From Mayamaea pseudoterrestris (taxonomy: Eukaryota), in the NCBI GenBank assembly GCA_027923505.1, contig BROI01000005.1, positions 1,116,001 through 1,180,000 of the forward strand: a stretch of 64,000 nucleotides of DNA, in the 5' to 3' direction. The notes below the pieces were generated by a model, which saw only the letters and a list, made by a program, of their open reading frames with translations, made no database searches and was not told the DNA's origin. The stretch's first letter is position 1, and each line of letters opens with the position of its first letter. Shown piece after piece: positions 42,324 to 52,724 of the stretch. The position numbers and the translations under genes are program-made.

Positions 42324-44309
42324 TTAGCAGGCCCTTCTCTTCCGCTTCCGGCCAAGGCTCTCTCCGGTCGGGTTTTTGAATAGTGTACCATAATCAATAG
42401 TTAACTCTGTTTGTTCACGAATGAAAACATTCGTCCAGATGCCAACTCGCTGAATGCCATGCGCAAACAAGATATCGGGCCGACAGTTTGGTTGATTAGC
42501 ATGATTCATGAACCGAATTACATTTCCTTTTCGTTTCGCGTCAATTGTTGCGTCGTTGCAGACGCCAAAAATATACGTCTTGCCTTGCTGGTCAGCTATC
42601 GACCCACGCCGCTCCGCCTCTTCGTGCGAAATAAATTCGCCCACATACTCTCCAACAAAGTCTCCCTTACCGAGTGCGTATTTATTGAAGCAGCCCCATC
42701 CTGCAATCTCCGATCTCGCTACTAGAAGCTTAACCTGTCGACCCATTGATATATTGTCATTTTGGCAGCGTTGTCCTTCGTCATTGTTCGGGTTTTGCTG
42801 TCGTAACGTTGGCGCTTGTCGCGGATCGGAGCAAGTGTCGCATTTGCAAAGGGCTGGATCGCATTCCCGACCCATGCTCAAGCATGTGCATTGATGTCGA
42901 GCGGTACAATGTCCCTGGCAATGGCACCCACGAAAATAGTTGATGCATTCTTCTCCGATGCAACAAGCGCTTGTGCAGAAGAGTTTATTATCTATACACG
43001 AGCAGTTCCCTTCGACACATGGGCCGTCATGAAAGCATGGTTGGAACAGCGGAAATTCCTGTTTACTTTTAACACTATCAAGAAACTTGATCACCTTTGC
43101 ATATTTTTTTACGGAGTAGTACTTTCCGTCCTTGACTGGACGCGGTCGTGTGGCTACGGCGTCCCAAGATGCGGCAATATCCTGTGCGACAAGGCCTTGC
43201 GCAGCAATAAATGTGGAGACTAAACTGACTGGAGCACGGAGGCAGTCAGCGACAAGTTCGATGTCTCCTGCGTAAATTGAGTATAAGCGAAGACACATAA
43301 TCTTTTGCGCTTCTGTTAATTGTTGTCCATGCCCCGTTTGAACATTGATCCGTGGAGGCAGTGCCGCAAGGCGTGGCAGAAAGGCGTCCTTCTTCATCGC
43401 AGCTGTTAGTTGCTGAGTAGGCGAAAGTTTCGGATATATACCATGAGTACTGCAGTCATACTTGTAGCATGTGGCACAGTATAGGTCACGATACGTGTTC
43501 ATGCACTTGGCGTACGCATCTTCCGAGTTGTTGACATCTATCGTTTGGTCGTCCTTGTCAAATTCGGCCATTTCATCGTGCGCATTGTCCGTTTCAAGTC
43601 CTTTCTTGCCACACAACTCATTCAAACGACAGCCGACAAGTTCGACGCTAGATTCTACCATCGCAGCCAGCAAAACTTTAATCGTATCCTTCTCATCGTC
43701 GGACAAATTTTGCCCGTTTATATCGCAGCGCTGCAGCGTCAAATCAATCAAAGATTCCTTTCTCTGCAATATGTGAGATACTCCGTGTAAAAGACGCTCT
43801 TCTCGTTGCTGTACCTCGTAATCTGCAAACAAACGCTCCTCGTCCTTATCTTCCAATCCATCGCCTAGATATGGAACGAATTTCAGTGCCTTTTCATCCG
43901 GTACGCTCAGATTGCTCTCCAGTGGAACGTAGGAGTTGTTGTCCGGAAGCGATGCAATGCCGGGAAGAAGAGTTAAACATTGTACGCGTTTGGTCTTGGT
44001 GCGTGGCTGGATCTGTTGCGATGTCACTTCAAAGTCAACGTGTCTGCCAGGGAGCGACTGTATTTCGTCGACAATTCTCGGCGATCCTACAATTTGCGTC
44101 GAGGGGCAATTACTGACAGCAACAGGACATTGGTTGGTTGTCTCAAGCATGAAGCTAAGCTGTGGCTTCGCAACTTGGCTATCAATCACAGGGCGAACAT
44201 GCGTTGAATGGATCTCGTCGAGTGTCTTGCTCTCGTGTGCTTTTAGTTCCTGTTCCGCTTCCTTGAAAGCCTTGCGAAGCATTGAGCCAATTTCAGCTCT
44301 TGACAACAT
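42324..44309 (-). CDS. EZH2: Enhancer of zeste (EZH2-like) H3K27 methyltransferase, CXC + SET (start uncertain)
   Basis: LYCATCYKYDCSTHG; CXC PCFHDGPC...FRGCHC...RECDPALC; SET SEIAGWG...GEYVGEFISHEEAERRG...DAKRKGNVIRFMNHANQPNC...ELTIDY. Confidence 0.92.
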   Translation of the reverse strand: MLSRAEIGSMLRKAFKEAEQELKAHESKTLDEIHSTHVRPVIDSQVAKPQLSFMLETTNQCPVAVSNCPSTQIVGSPRIVDEIQSLPGRHVDFEVTSQQIQPRTKTKRVQCLTLLPGIASLPDNNSYVPLESNLSVPDEKALKFVPYLGDGLEDKDEERLFADYEVQQREERLLHGVSHILQRKESLIDLTLQRCDINGQNLSDDEKDTIKVLLAAMVESSVELVGCRLNELCGKKGLETDNAHDEMAEFDKDDQTIDVNNSEDAYAKCMNTYRDLYCATCYKYDCSTHGIYPKLSPTQQLTAAMKKDAFLPRLAALPPRINVQTGHGQQLTEAQKIMCLRLYSIYAGDIELVADCLRAPVSLVSTFIAAQGLVAQDIAASWDAVATRPRPVKDGKYYSVKKYAKVIKFLDSVKSKQEFPLFQPCFHDGPCVEGNCSCIDNKLFCTSACCIGEECINYFRGCHCQGHCTARHQCTCLSMGRECDPALCKCDTCSDPRQAPTLRQQNPNNDEGQRCQNDNISMGRQVKLLVARSEIAGWGCFNKYALGKGDFVGEYVGEFISHEEAERRGSIADQQGKTYIFGVCNDATIDAKRKGNVIRFMNHANQPNCRPDILFAHGIQRVGIWTNVFIREQTELTIDYGTLFKNPTGESLGRKRKRRAC

Positions 44310-44623
44310 ACTGGCAACTGAGTTCCCACTGATGTGTTCAGACGAGCAATACAGTAATGCAAGTCTCGGCACTTTAAGACAGGCCTGGATTTTTCACGTT
44401 CGATGGCTCGATGGTTCGTGTCGCATCAGCAACGCTACGACATTCGCACTAGCGCTGCCGTCAATTACTGTTTCTCTCGTCTCGTCAACTGTTACTGAAG
44501 AAGAGTACGCAGAAATGTGTATTTACAAAGGTAAAGATCAGTTGTAAATTAAAAAGGTTTAAGGTGGTATGGCGTATGGCATGCTCACTTTTCGCAGACA
44601 ATGCACATGCACTCAAAGCTCCA

Positions 44624-45025
44624 TTAAACACTCATCATCATGGCCGATCTTGGTGTTTCTCTGTCGTCCATATTTAAATGTATCAAGTTCGGTGTAAAGG
44701 GGTCGTCGACTGGCCTTCGTCGTGGTAATTCTGGTGCTCGATTGTTGCCAAGAAGACCCGCACCGGACAGTAGATGGATTTCCTCGCTGCTCTTCGTCGA
44801 CGTCGACTTGGGCGACGACGAGACAAAGCGATTAACGCCTTCCACTCCATTTCCTCCGTTTGACGATAGACGCGCTAGTCGCTTCTGTCGTTGACGCTCC
44901 ATGGCTCGCTTGGCTCTATAAAAGTTTCCTATACAAAGGACTGTGACAAAGCCAACGATGAAGCACACGAAGATGGTCACAGCAATGATTTCATTAATGG
45001 ATCGTCCACGGGACGTGTGTGACAT
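44624..45025 (-). CDS. Small single-pass membrane protein, hypothetical
   Basis: TM segment IIAVTIFVCFIVGFVTVLCIG followed by a basic stretch; 133-aa ATG ORF. Confidence 0.5.
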   Translation of the reverse strand: MSHTSRGRSINEIIAVTIFVCFIVGFVTVLCIGNFYRAKRAMERQRQKRLARLSSNGGNGVEGVNRFVSSSPKSTSTKSSEEIHLLSGAGLLGNNRAPELPRRRPVDDPFTPNLIHLNMDDRETPRSAMMMSV

Positions 45026-45365
45026 TTTCCTTTCGATCGCCTGTAGGAGTATTGATTAGTACTATTCGTCGGTACCCCAACAGAAGATGGGCGTTGCGGC
45101 CATGGTGGTGGTGGTTGGTGGAGTTTTTACACAGAAGATCGAAACTGTGTGAGGTGTGTCACTGTCAATCAATTCAGATGACCAATCATTTTACTTGTTT
45201 TCAATGACATCGGCGCGAAGTCAAAAGCGTCAGGGCATATATAATGGAAGTCATTTTGTGCCGCAAATCTTTCCCTGGCACTCATATCCTGTGGCGTCGC
45301 AGCCAATGGCTGACAAATTCTTTCGCAGCATAAAACTTTATCGTCGTCGGAAAGCAAGGTTGACC

Positions 45366-47040
45366 ATGGTGAAGAAGAAGGGCAAGTCCAACCGCACAAC
45401 GCTTAAGGACAAGTATAAGATCCAAAGGCGAGTGACGGAGACTCAACGAAAGCGGAAAAAGCAAGGCAAGAAAGACAAAATTGATGGTGTCGTTCGCAAT
45501 AGTCATGTTTCAAAAAAGGATCCTGGCATTCCCAATAGCTGGCCGTTTAAGCAAGAATTGTTGAATGACATTAAAAAAGCCAAGGAAAAGCAACAACAGT
45601 CACAGCAAGAGCAGAAGGACAGAAGAAAAAGTGATCTTCGATCACTTCGAGAACATCAGGAAGCTGGAGGGTCAGCACGAACAGTCCAAGAGCTCATCGA
45701 CCAAGCGACGGTTGATCAAGCAAACTTTCAAGTTAAGACTGTTGATAAGGAAATTTCGGACGGATCTGTTTCAGCTGGGCAGCAGTCGCGTCGAGCGTAT
45801 TTACGCGAGTTGAAGAAAGTAGTTGACACGGCTGACGTTTTGCTGCAAGTGCTCGATGCGCGTGATCCAATTGCGTCGCGCATTCATCCCTCTATTGAGA
45901 GTGCCATCATGTCTCGTTCAGATAAGCGTATGGTTCTGGTGTTAAACAAGATCGATTTGGTACCAAAGGAAGCTGTTGGCTCGTGGTTGACCGCATTGAG
46001 GCGGTCGCATCCCACTATTGCCATCAAGGGCAATTCCTTAGAGCGACGATCCGATGGAGTTGCGGTTGGTGTGGCCGACGACTCTGCCTCGGTTGCAACG
46101 TCGACAGCATCATCTTCGGTGGGAGCCGACGGACTTTTGCAGCTGCTCAAGAACTATGCGAGGACTGGAGGCGGTGGCGGCAAGGGGAAAACAACCATTG
46201 TCGTTGGAGTGATTGGATATCCCAACGTCGGGTACGTATATACTTTGTCTACGGTTGTCAAGCTATCCTATTTGTACATTGTCTAAATATCCCATCTTTG
46301 CCTTTCCATGTAAGCGCAGTAAGAGTTCAATTATCAATGCACTTAAGCATACGCGCGCAGTGGGAGTCAGCCCTCGCCCGGGCTTCACCACAACTATGCA
46401 GGAAGTGATTCTTGATCGAAATGTTCGATTACTGGATAGTCCGGGCGTTGTATTTGATGATGATTCAGCCTTGCTCGGTAACTGCGTGGACGCTGAGTCG
46501 ATTGAAGATCCATTGCCTGCTGTTGAAGCCTTGCTGCAACGGTGCAATCACCAGAGTTTGCTCATGACTTACAACATTCCTGCCTTTCCACCGGGTGATG
46601 TCATGATGTTTTTGGCTATGGTGGCTCGCACCAAGGGTCGCGTGCTGAAAGGAGGCGTTCCAGACAAGGTTTCGGTTGCGCGAACAGTACTGAGGGATTG
46701 GAATAGTGGCAAAATTCCGTACTACACAGTGCCACCTCACACGGCTCAACCCGAAGTTGTCAATGATGCCAAGATTGTATCAAGCTTTGGCAAGGAATTT
46801 GACTTGACCAAGTTTGATGATGCTGTCTTGAATAATCTGAAAGACACTGATGAAATGGACTTTGTCAAGCTCGATGGCGTCGCGGAAGGACCTGATGTGT
46901 CGCTGAAAGCACTTGCCTTTTTGAGATCTGACGATCAGGATACATTAATGGATGAAGGTGACGAGACTAACGATGGAAATTTAGGTATGAAAAGAACGCA
47001 CTTGGCTCAGGTCGACGACTACGATTTTGATGAACTGTAA
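45366..47040 (+). CDS. GNL3: Nucleostemin/GNL3/NUG1 circularly permuted GTPase; exons 45366-46231, 46320-47040
   Basis: KDPGIPNSWPFK, VLDARDP, LNKIDL, VGVIGYPNVG|KSS (intron 46232-46319), PGFTT, LLDSPG, DWNSGKIPYYT. Confidence 0.95.
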
Positions 47041-47430
47041 AAGTTGGAGCGGTTAGATGAAAGTTAGCGTAGTAAAAGATTCGCAGTATACACACTTCTG
47101 CATGCTACCAGTCATGAAAGTCGTAGAGTAGAAAATCAATGCTGATGCAATGCTGCGATGCGATGGCGTGAGATAGCTAACCTTCAAGTCAAACTAAAGA
47201 CTACCGTACCACCGGTACCTGCTGTGCGAGAAAGGCGGCTGAGCTCCAATCGGCGGCGGTTTTTCGTCGCTGCGACGCTCGAGGAACTCTCGTCGTCCTT
47301 GCTCTGTGCGATTGCGATGCTTGCTGCCAGTTGTTGTTTCGTTTTGCATCCACCTCGGAACACCTTCCAGACCTTTCGTTGCTCTAGAAGACCTTGACTA
47401 TATCATTCTCGCGCTGTAGGTTCAAGTGAC

Positions 47431-48760
47431 ATGTTTTCCTGGAGCAACAATTCTGCCACCAGCAACACGACCACTCGGCCGCAAGCAGCCGCTTCTTCTG
47501 GAATATTTCCAGCCGTGCGTGGATCAATTCGTCCGCCTGAATACTCGAGACAGCAGCACCTTGAGTCTTTTTTGGAGGATGAGACGCTGAAACGTAGCAC
47601 AAGAAAAGTGTCGACCGGTAAGCGTCAACGATGATGAACGAATCAATATTGAGTTGAACGTTCACCTGCTCATCTGAATCCTTCTTTAATCATCCATGCA
47701 TTCTCATGAACCCGACAACCCTTATTCAAAACAAACTATTTTTAAAGACGACTCGACGTATGATACGGTATTTCAAACAGTATCTGGTGCGACGCTCATT
47801 TTGCGAATACTGATGCCTCCGCTGGTACACCCAAACGCACCCATTCGAAGACCACAAATGACGCTGGCTGGCCTCAAGGCCCGACACACTTGGCTTGATG
47901 ATCGAATGCAAGTCGTTGGTTATGCTCCTATTCAATCCGATGACGCTTGGAAGACTTCAAGGTTATTACTAGGAGCAGCAGTGCATCAAGTCATTCAGCA
48001 ACTGCAAGTGCATCCTCCAGACATTATTGAAATTACGGACAAGGGGCTTCGAAGTATTCAGTCAAAACAGGAGCGAAACGGGATTTCTACCAGCGATAGT
48101 AGTGAGCAGCGGCGGAGATCTCCTTTGCCGACGGTGGCATTTTCAGCGAACAAGGCGTCATCGGTCTCGCATCGCAAGTCCGCAAACAGTTCATTCACTT
48201 CCGAAGCCCCGCCCGATTATGATTCTTCCTTCTCAATTCAGACAGTTTTAGACAATGTCCAGCTACCTCGTCAGTTTGACGAAATAGAGTTGCTCTCATT
48301 GCCGCGCGTCCAAACATTGCTGGAGGATGAACTTGAATTCATGGCGCTTTGTCATAGTTTGCCTTGCATTCGCAAGACGCGAGCCAAGATGTTGGAGAGG
48401 TCTGCATTTAACTCGGCGACGGCCACCAAGCACATGAAAGAGAAGGAGAGTTTGGATGCGCTGGTGCAACAGGTTGCTGCGCTACGTGACTTGCTCAAGG
48501 AGCGGTTGGCTACTTTTCAGACACTCGAAAAGCAACAAGATGTATTGTTAGCGCCTCCGGATGAAAGCATTATAATCCGACAATTAGCGTTGGATAAGAA
48601 GCAAGCTTTGCAAGAGTCGGAGCAGCTGGCGGAGGAATGGTTGGATCAAGGAGCTGAACAACCACTATCGTTTGTCAGGGAGTTTGTGGAGCGACGCAAG
48701 CGGCACCATATTGCAGCAGCCAAGATGGAATTGCTACAATTGCAGCAGCGCAAGTGCTAG
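47431..48760 (+). CDS. VPS37: ESCRT-I subunit VPS37-like (UEV-like N-terminus + Mod(r) domain); exons 47431-47617, 47748-48760
   Basis: HTWLDDRMQVVG...W...LLGAAVHQVIQQL and C-terminal ESEQLAEEWL...FVREFVERRKRHH. Phase-1 GT-AG intron 47618-47747. Confidence 0.75.
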
Positions 48761-48920
48761 TGGCGTTTGTTATCTAGAGAGACAGAATTGGATGCTGCAA
48801 TTACTCGATACGGCCTTGACATGTATACGTGCCCCTGGCAGCACGCGATGGTTTTTCGAATACTATAATAGTAGATACTACCGCTTTACCAGAAGTTTAT
48901 ATAAAACGAGCGCGCTGTCT

Positions 48921-49757
48921 TTATAATTCATCCACGTTGCCTGCATCCTGCGCAATTCCAACCCAAGCCAAAGGCTTGAGCAGTGTCTGCTTCACCTCAG
49001 CCCATGGCAATAAAGTTTCTGGTCCAATGGTGCTCGCATACAATTTCGTCTGCAACTGCCCCAAGAGGAACGGTTTGCCTGATACAGCGTAGTGTGTACA
49101 CATTTGCTGCTTGACGCTACAAGTCGACATGACGACGAGCGGTTCATTCATGCCCGCCTCCTTGGCTTGTTTTAGCATAGTCGGCATGATCTTGTATGTG
49201 AACATGAGCGCCGAAACAATACCATCAGTGAACGGAAACTGAGCTACGAGCGCCTGTTTGACTTTCGGAAGATGAGTCGTCTTGTAGCTGAGCCGAGGCC
49301 AGATACTTTGCACGGCAAGTTCTTTCAGCTCCTTGTTGGTTAACGGAACAATGTCCTTGTTCTTTTTCATGAGAACGTCCCTATGGATTCGTTTACTGTC
49401 AGTTGTCGTCTGTGCCAAGTGTCCAACAGCAAAGCGAAGTCGATCGGCGCCAATAGTAGACATTGGTGCGTCCAAGTGTATGGTGTATAAGGCATCAGCG
49501 TAATTGTCGTCAACCTCTCTCTTCTTGAATCCCCAATCCTTTCCAATACTTTCAACAAGTGACATGCTTGTTGCATAGTCGCGCGTAGTGATTTTGTAGC
49601 AAAAGTCGCCTCCTGGAAAGATCGCGTGTGTTGTTTTGATCGTTTGAAAGCCGCCCGCCATGATGAAGGTATGGAGAAATGCGCCCATCATGACAGCTCC
49701 AATTACGAGCACCTGTTGCTTCCGGCCATTGTTAAAACCTCCACCTTGCTGGTTCAA
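48921..49757 (-). CDS. TEX264-like protein: N-terminal TM + GyrI-like domain (start uncertain)
   Basis: TM then FCYKITTRDY, YTIHLDAP...RLRFAVG, AQFPFTDGIVSALMFTYKIMP, resembling TEX264/GyrI-like motifs. The track ORF starts at TTG. Confidence 0.6.
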   Translation of the reverse strand: MNQQGGGFNNGRKQQVLVIGAVMMGAFLHTFIMAGGFQTIKTTHAIFPGGDFCYKITTRDYATSMSLVESIGKDWGFKKREVDDNYADALYTIHLDAPMSTIGADRLRFAVGHLAQTTTDSKRIHRDVLMKKNKDIVPLTNKELKELAVQSIWPRLSYKTTHLPKVKQALVAQFPFTDGIVSALMFTYKIMPTMLKQAKEAGMNEPLVVMSTCSVKQQMCTHYAVSGKPFLLGQLQTKLYASTIGPETLLPWAEVKQTLLKPLAWVGIAQDAGNVDEL

Positions 49758-50200
49758 TGTAAGCTCGTGGTCTAAATTTTCGTTGAGTACGAGAAGTAGC
49801 AGGCTTTAGAAATATGCACGGTGATATGAAGCAAATGCTTGAGGCACACACACGGGTGCATGGTACATGCGGCTGGGCAATGTGCCAATTTGGACTTACA
49901 ACCAATCATGACGGTACTGAGTATTGTCCTTTTCTTTGAAGTTCTTTAGCTTGCTATCTCTCGTTGGCATTAGAGTCTCATGAAGTTTGTTGAGCAGGTA
50001 CAGATCAGTAACGTACCGTGTACAAAGTACAGTGCATATTCCTCCACCATGGTCGAAATCGAAAAAGATCGTTCGATGTCGTAGAAGTACCGCTACGACA
50101 TTTGTTCCACGTGTTGGTGCGTGCATCATCGTCCAAGCATCGCCATGATTGCTTCGTCACTATAATATATACTGTCTATTGGTATACTTCTCGGGTCACT

Positions 50201-50820
50201 ATGGTCATTACCCGTATACTGTCAATCCTAATTGCAATAGTCGCATCATGCGGGGCCTTTACTGTTGTTACTCCTTATCATGGAGCGGCCACGCGATTGT
50301 CGCCCATCTTCATGTCATCCGTCGGCGACACCGACCGATCTCGATCCACCAAAAAAGGCGTGCAGGTGATGGACAGAACCGAGACAAAAGCTGAAGGAGC
50401 CAAGAAGAAGGAGGAGGAATGGCGCATTGTTTTACATAATGACGAGGCGAGTCATGAAAAAATGTCTAGTACTTTTCGGTGGCGAGATGACTGGCAATTG
50501 ACTGCCAAAGGCCCTTCTTTTTCGAACATTGCTTGTCGCCACGATAACATCTCACGGTCCTCGTCGTCGTCGTCATCATTACACAGGTTCATACATTCAA
50601 TTACGTTGTGAGATCACTCTGCAAAGTGATTGGAACACTTGATCGAAAGGCTGCCTTTGAGATTTGTGTACAAACACATGGGATCGGCAAGGCCACAATC
50701 ACTAAAACATGGAAGAAGCAAGCGGAGCAATTTTGTTTGGGCTTGCAACGGCAAGGGTTAACGGTGAGCATTGCACCTGATGAAGATTTCCAGGGAGGGC
50801 ATTCTGGTGGTGGCTTGTAG
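50201..50820 (+). CDS. clpS: Plastid ClpS N-degron adaptor; exons 50201-50446, 50587-50820
   Basis: Signal MVITRILSILIAIVASCGAF, then WRIVLHNDE|VHTFNYVVRSLCKVI...THGIGKATI...GLTVSIAP. Confidence 0.9.
50447..50586 (+). other. GC-AG spliceosomal intron in clpS
   Basis: Donor GAG|GCGAGT and acceptor ACACAG|GTT. This junction yields the conserved HNDEVHTF. Confidence 0.85.
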
Positions 50821-50896
50821 ACTCGCCCTGCTATCTACGTTAAACGGTACGAGTATGCTATAAAGATACTGCTGTATACCTTATACGATATATAAT

Positions 50897-52474
50897 TTAA
50901 AGTATTTCAATGACGACTTGCTCTCCATTTGGGTCGTTTCGCGATTTGCCACCAAGCATGATGCGAGAGTCATTGACAACATCGACATTCGGTGCTAGTA
51001 TCTTGAGATACCGATCAAAGTAGAGGCTTTGCTTCACCAGCAATCCAAATTCGCGTGGTAGCTTCAGGCCGTTGTTTTCGGTGACATCCACCAGCTCGAG
51101 CAAGAGATTCGTAATTTCGCTTTCATCCACATTAAAACTTCCGCCTTGTGCAACAGAATTTGCACTTGCCATTACACTGCCAGTGGTAGATACGGTGCCC
51201 ATCTTTTTCATTAATCGATCAATGTCTTGTCCAAACTTGACAATGTCAACTGTATCATCGGCGGCACCCATGTTGCACAACGCTAGTGCCATGCCTTGCG
51301 AGTCACCAATTGCCATTGCCGTACTCAGTTCGGTGACTGACGCAAGTACCTTTTCGCTTATTCTCCCAACGATACCAAAGTCAATAAAACCTATGCGACC
51401 ATCATTCAACAGCATCAAATTTCCAGCATGAACGTCGGCATGGAACCAAGGCATCGCCGTCACACTCATGGACCAAATGTTGAGCGCCGAAATAATTGCG
51501 TCTACGCCTTGCTGCGGATTGCGCGATATAGACGCCACTGATGTTTCGTCCAAAAGACTCACGCCGCAAAGTCGTTCCAAAACAAGCACCCGCTTAGTGG
51601 TATACTCCTGATACAAACGTGGTGCTGTGGCTTGTTCTAAAAGTTGATTGTCTTGCAGAAAGCATCGAAACTCAATCGTGTTGCGAGCCTCAAGTTCAAA
51701 GTCGAGCTCTTCGAGCATGGACGCGCGAATGTCACCAGCAACCACCGCCAAACTCGTCCGCTCCCACTCTGGTAGCATAAATTCTAGTATGCGTGCTGCA
51801 ACATAGATGAAACAGAGGTCAGCTTTAAGGCAATCGTCAATGCCCGGCTTTTGAACCTTGATGACAACATCGTCACCACTCTTGAGCTTTGCAACATGCA
51901 CCTGCGCAATCGAAGCCGATGCCAATGGATTGGTATCAATAAAGTCAAAGATTTGATCAGTAGGACCCAGCTCCGCTTCAATGACAGTCTTGATCGTTGT
52001 CCACGGCAATGGCACTGTCTGATCAAGACACTTTTGGAACTCTACGACATATTCTTTGGGAAATATCGTGGGTGAACTGGCAATAAACTGTCCCAATTTC
52101 ACGTATGTTGCACCCATGCGTTCAAAAAAGGTTCGAAGTATCACTGGCGTCGATGCTTGCTGCGCTAGCAAACTTGGGAGGAACTCTCGTGTCGTGTCGG
52201 TGATGGCTCGATACGCTTAAATGGTTCTGGCAGGACCAGCTCGCGGCCCAGCCTCAATCGTTGCTTTCAATACTTCCTGCATGAGAGATACTGCTTCTTG
52301 TGGCGTTCGATCTATGAGTGATTTGGTTGGGCGTCGTCGTTGAAACCGCGTTGAAAAAGCCATGGAAAGCGGACGAACGACATTTCGCGTGGGCAAAGAT
52401 AGTTGAACATAGGCTGTTGTTGCTGCTGCCGCCGTTAGTAGAGCAGCTATCAATTGCGTTCTTAGTCGAATCAT
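50897..52474 (-). CDS. ABC1/UbiB atypical kinase, plastid-type presequence, with one in-frame TAA at 52219-52217 (possible pseudogene allele or sequence error)
   Basis: GATYVKLGQ, PLASASIAQVH, VVIKVQKPG, ELDFELEA, FHADVHAGN, FIDFGIVG. The upstream 85-aa ORF is in the same frame: ...GPARTI*AYRAITDTTREFLPSLLAQQ. Confidence 0.85.
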
Positions 52475-52724
52475 TTTGAGTTGACTTTTAATTAAATGAC
52501 TGTTAGGTCAATGGTTGCGCCTGCTAAACTGGGTCAAAGAGACGACCGAGGAACGATGAATTATGTAACTGACTGTGAAGTCGACCATGGTGAAAATAAG
52601 TCTGACCGGTTCTCGAAAATGTCGTCGGACCGCGCCGTCGCGCCAACAGGGAATTCCTACCCTCCGCTCTCCACTTGCAGGAAAGGACGAAATCATCTAC
52701 AAGTACTGTACAATTCATATAATT

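Noticed and set aside
45156..45365. N-terminal extension of the GNL3 ORF (similarly 20698, 31240, 32172, 39770, 52575)
   Set aside because: These use alternative or upstream starts running through promoter sequence; family-typical N-termini begin at the downstream ATGs.
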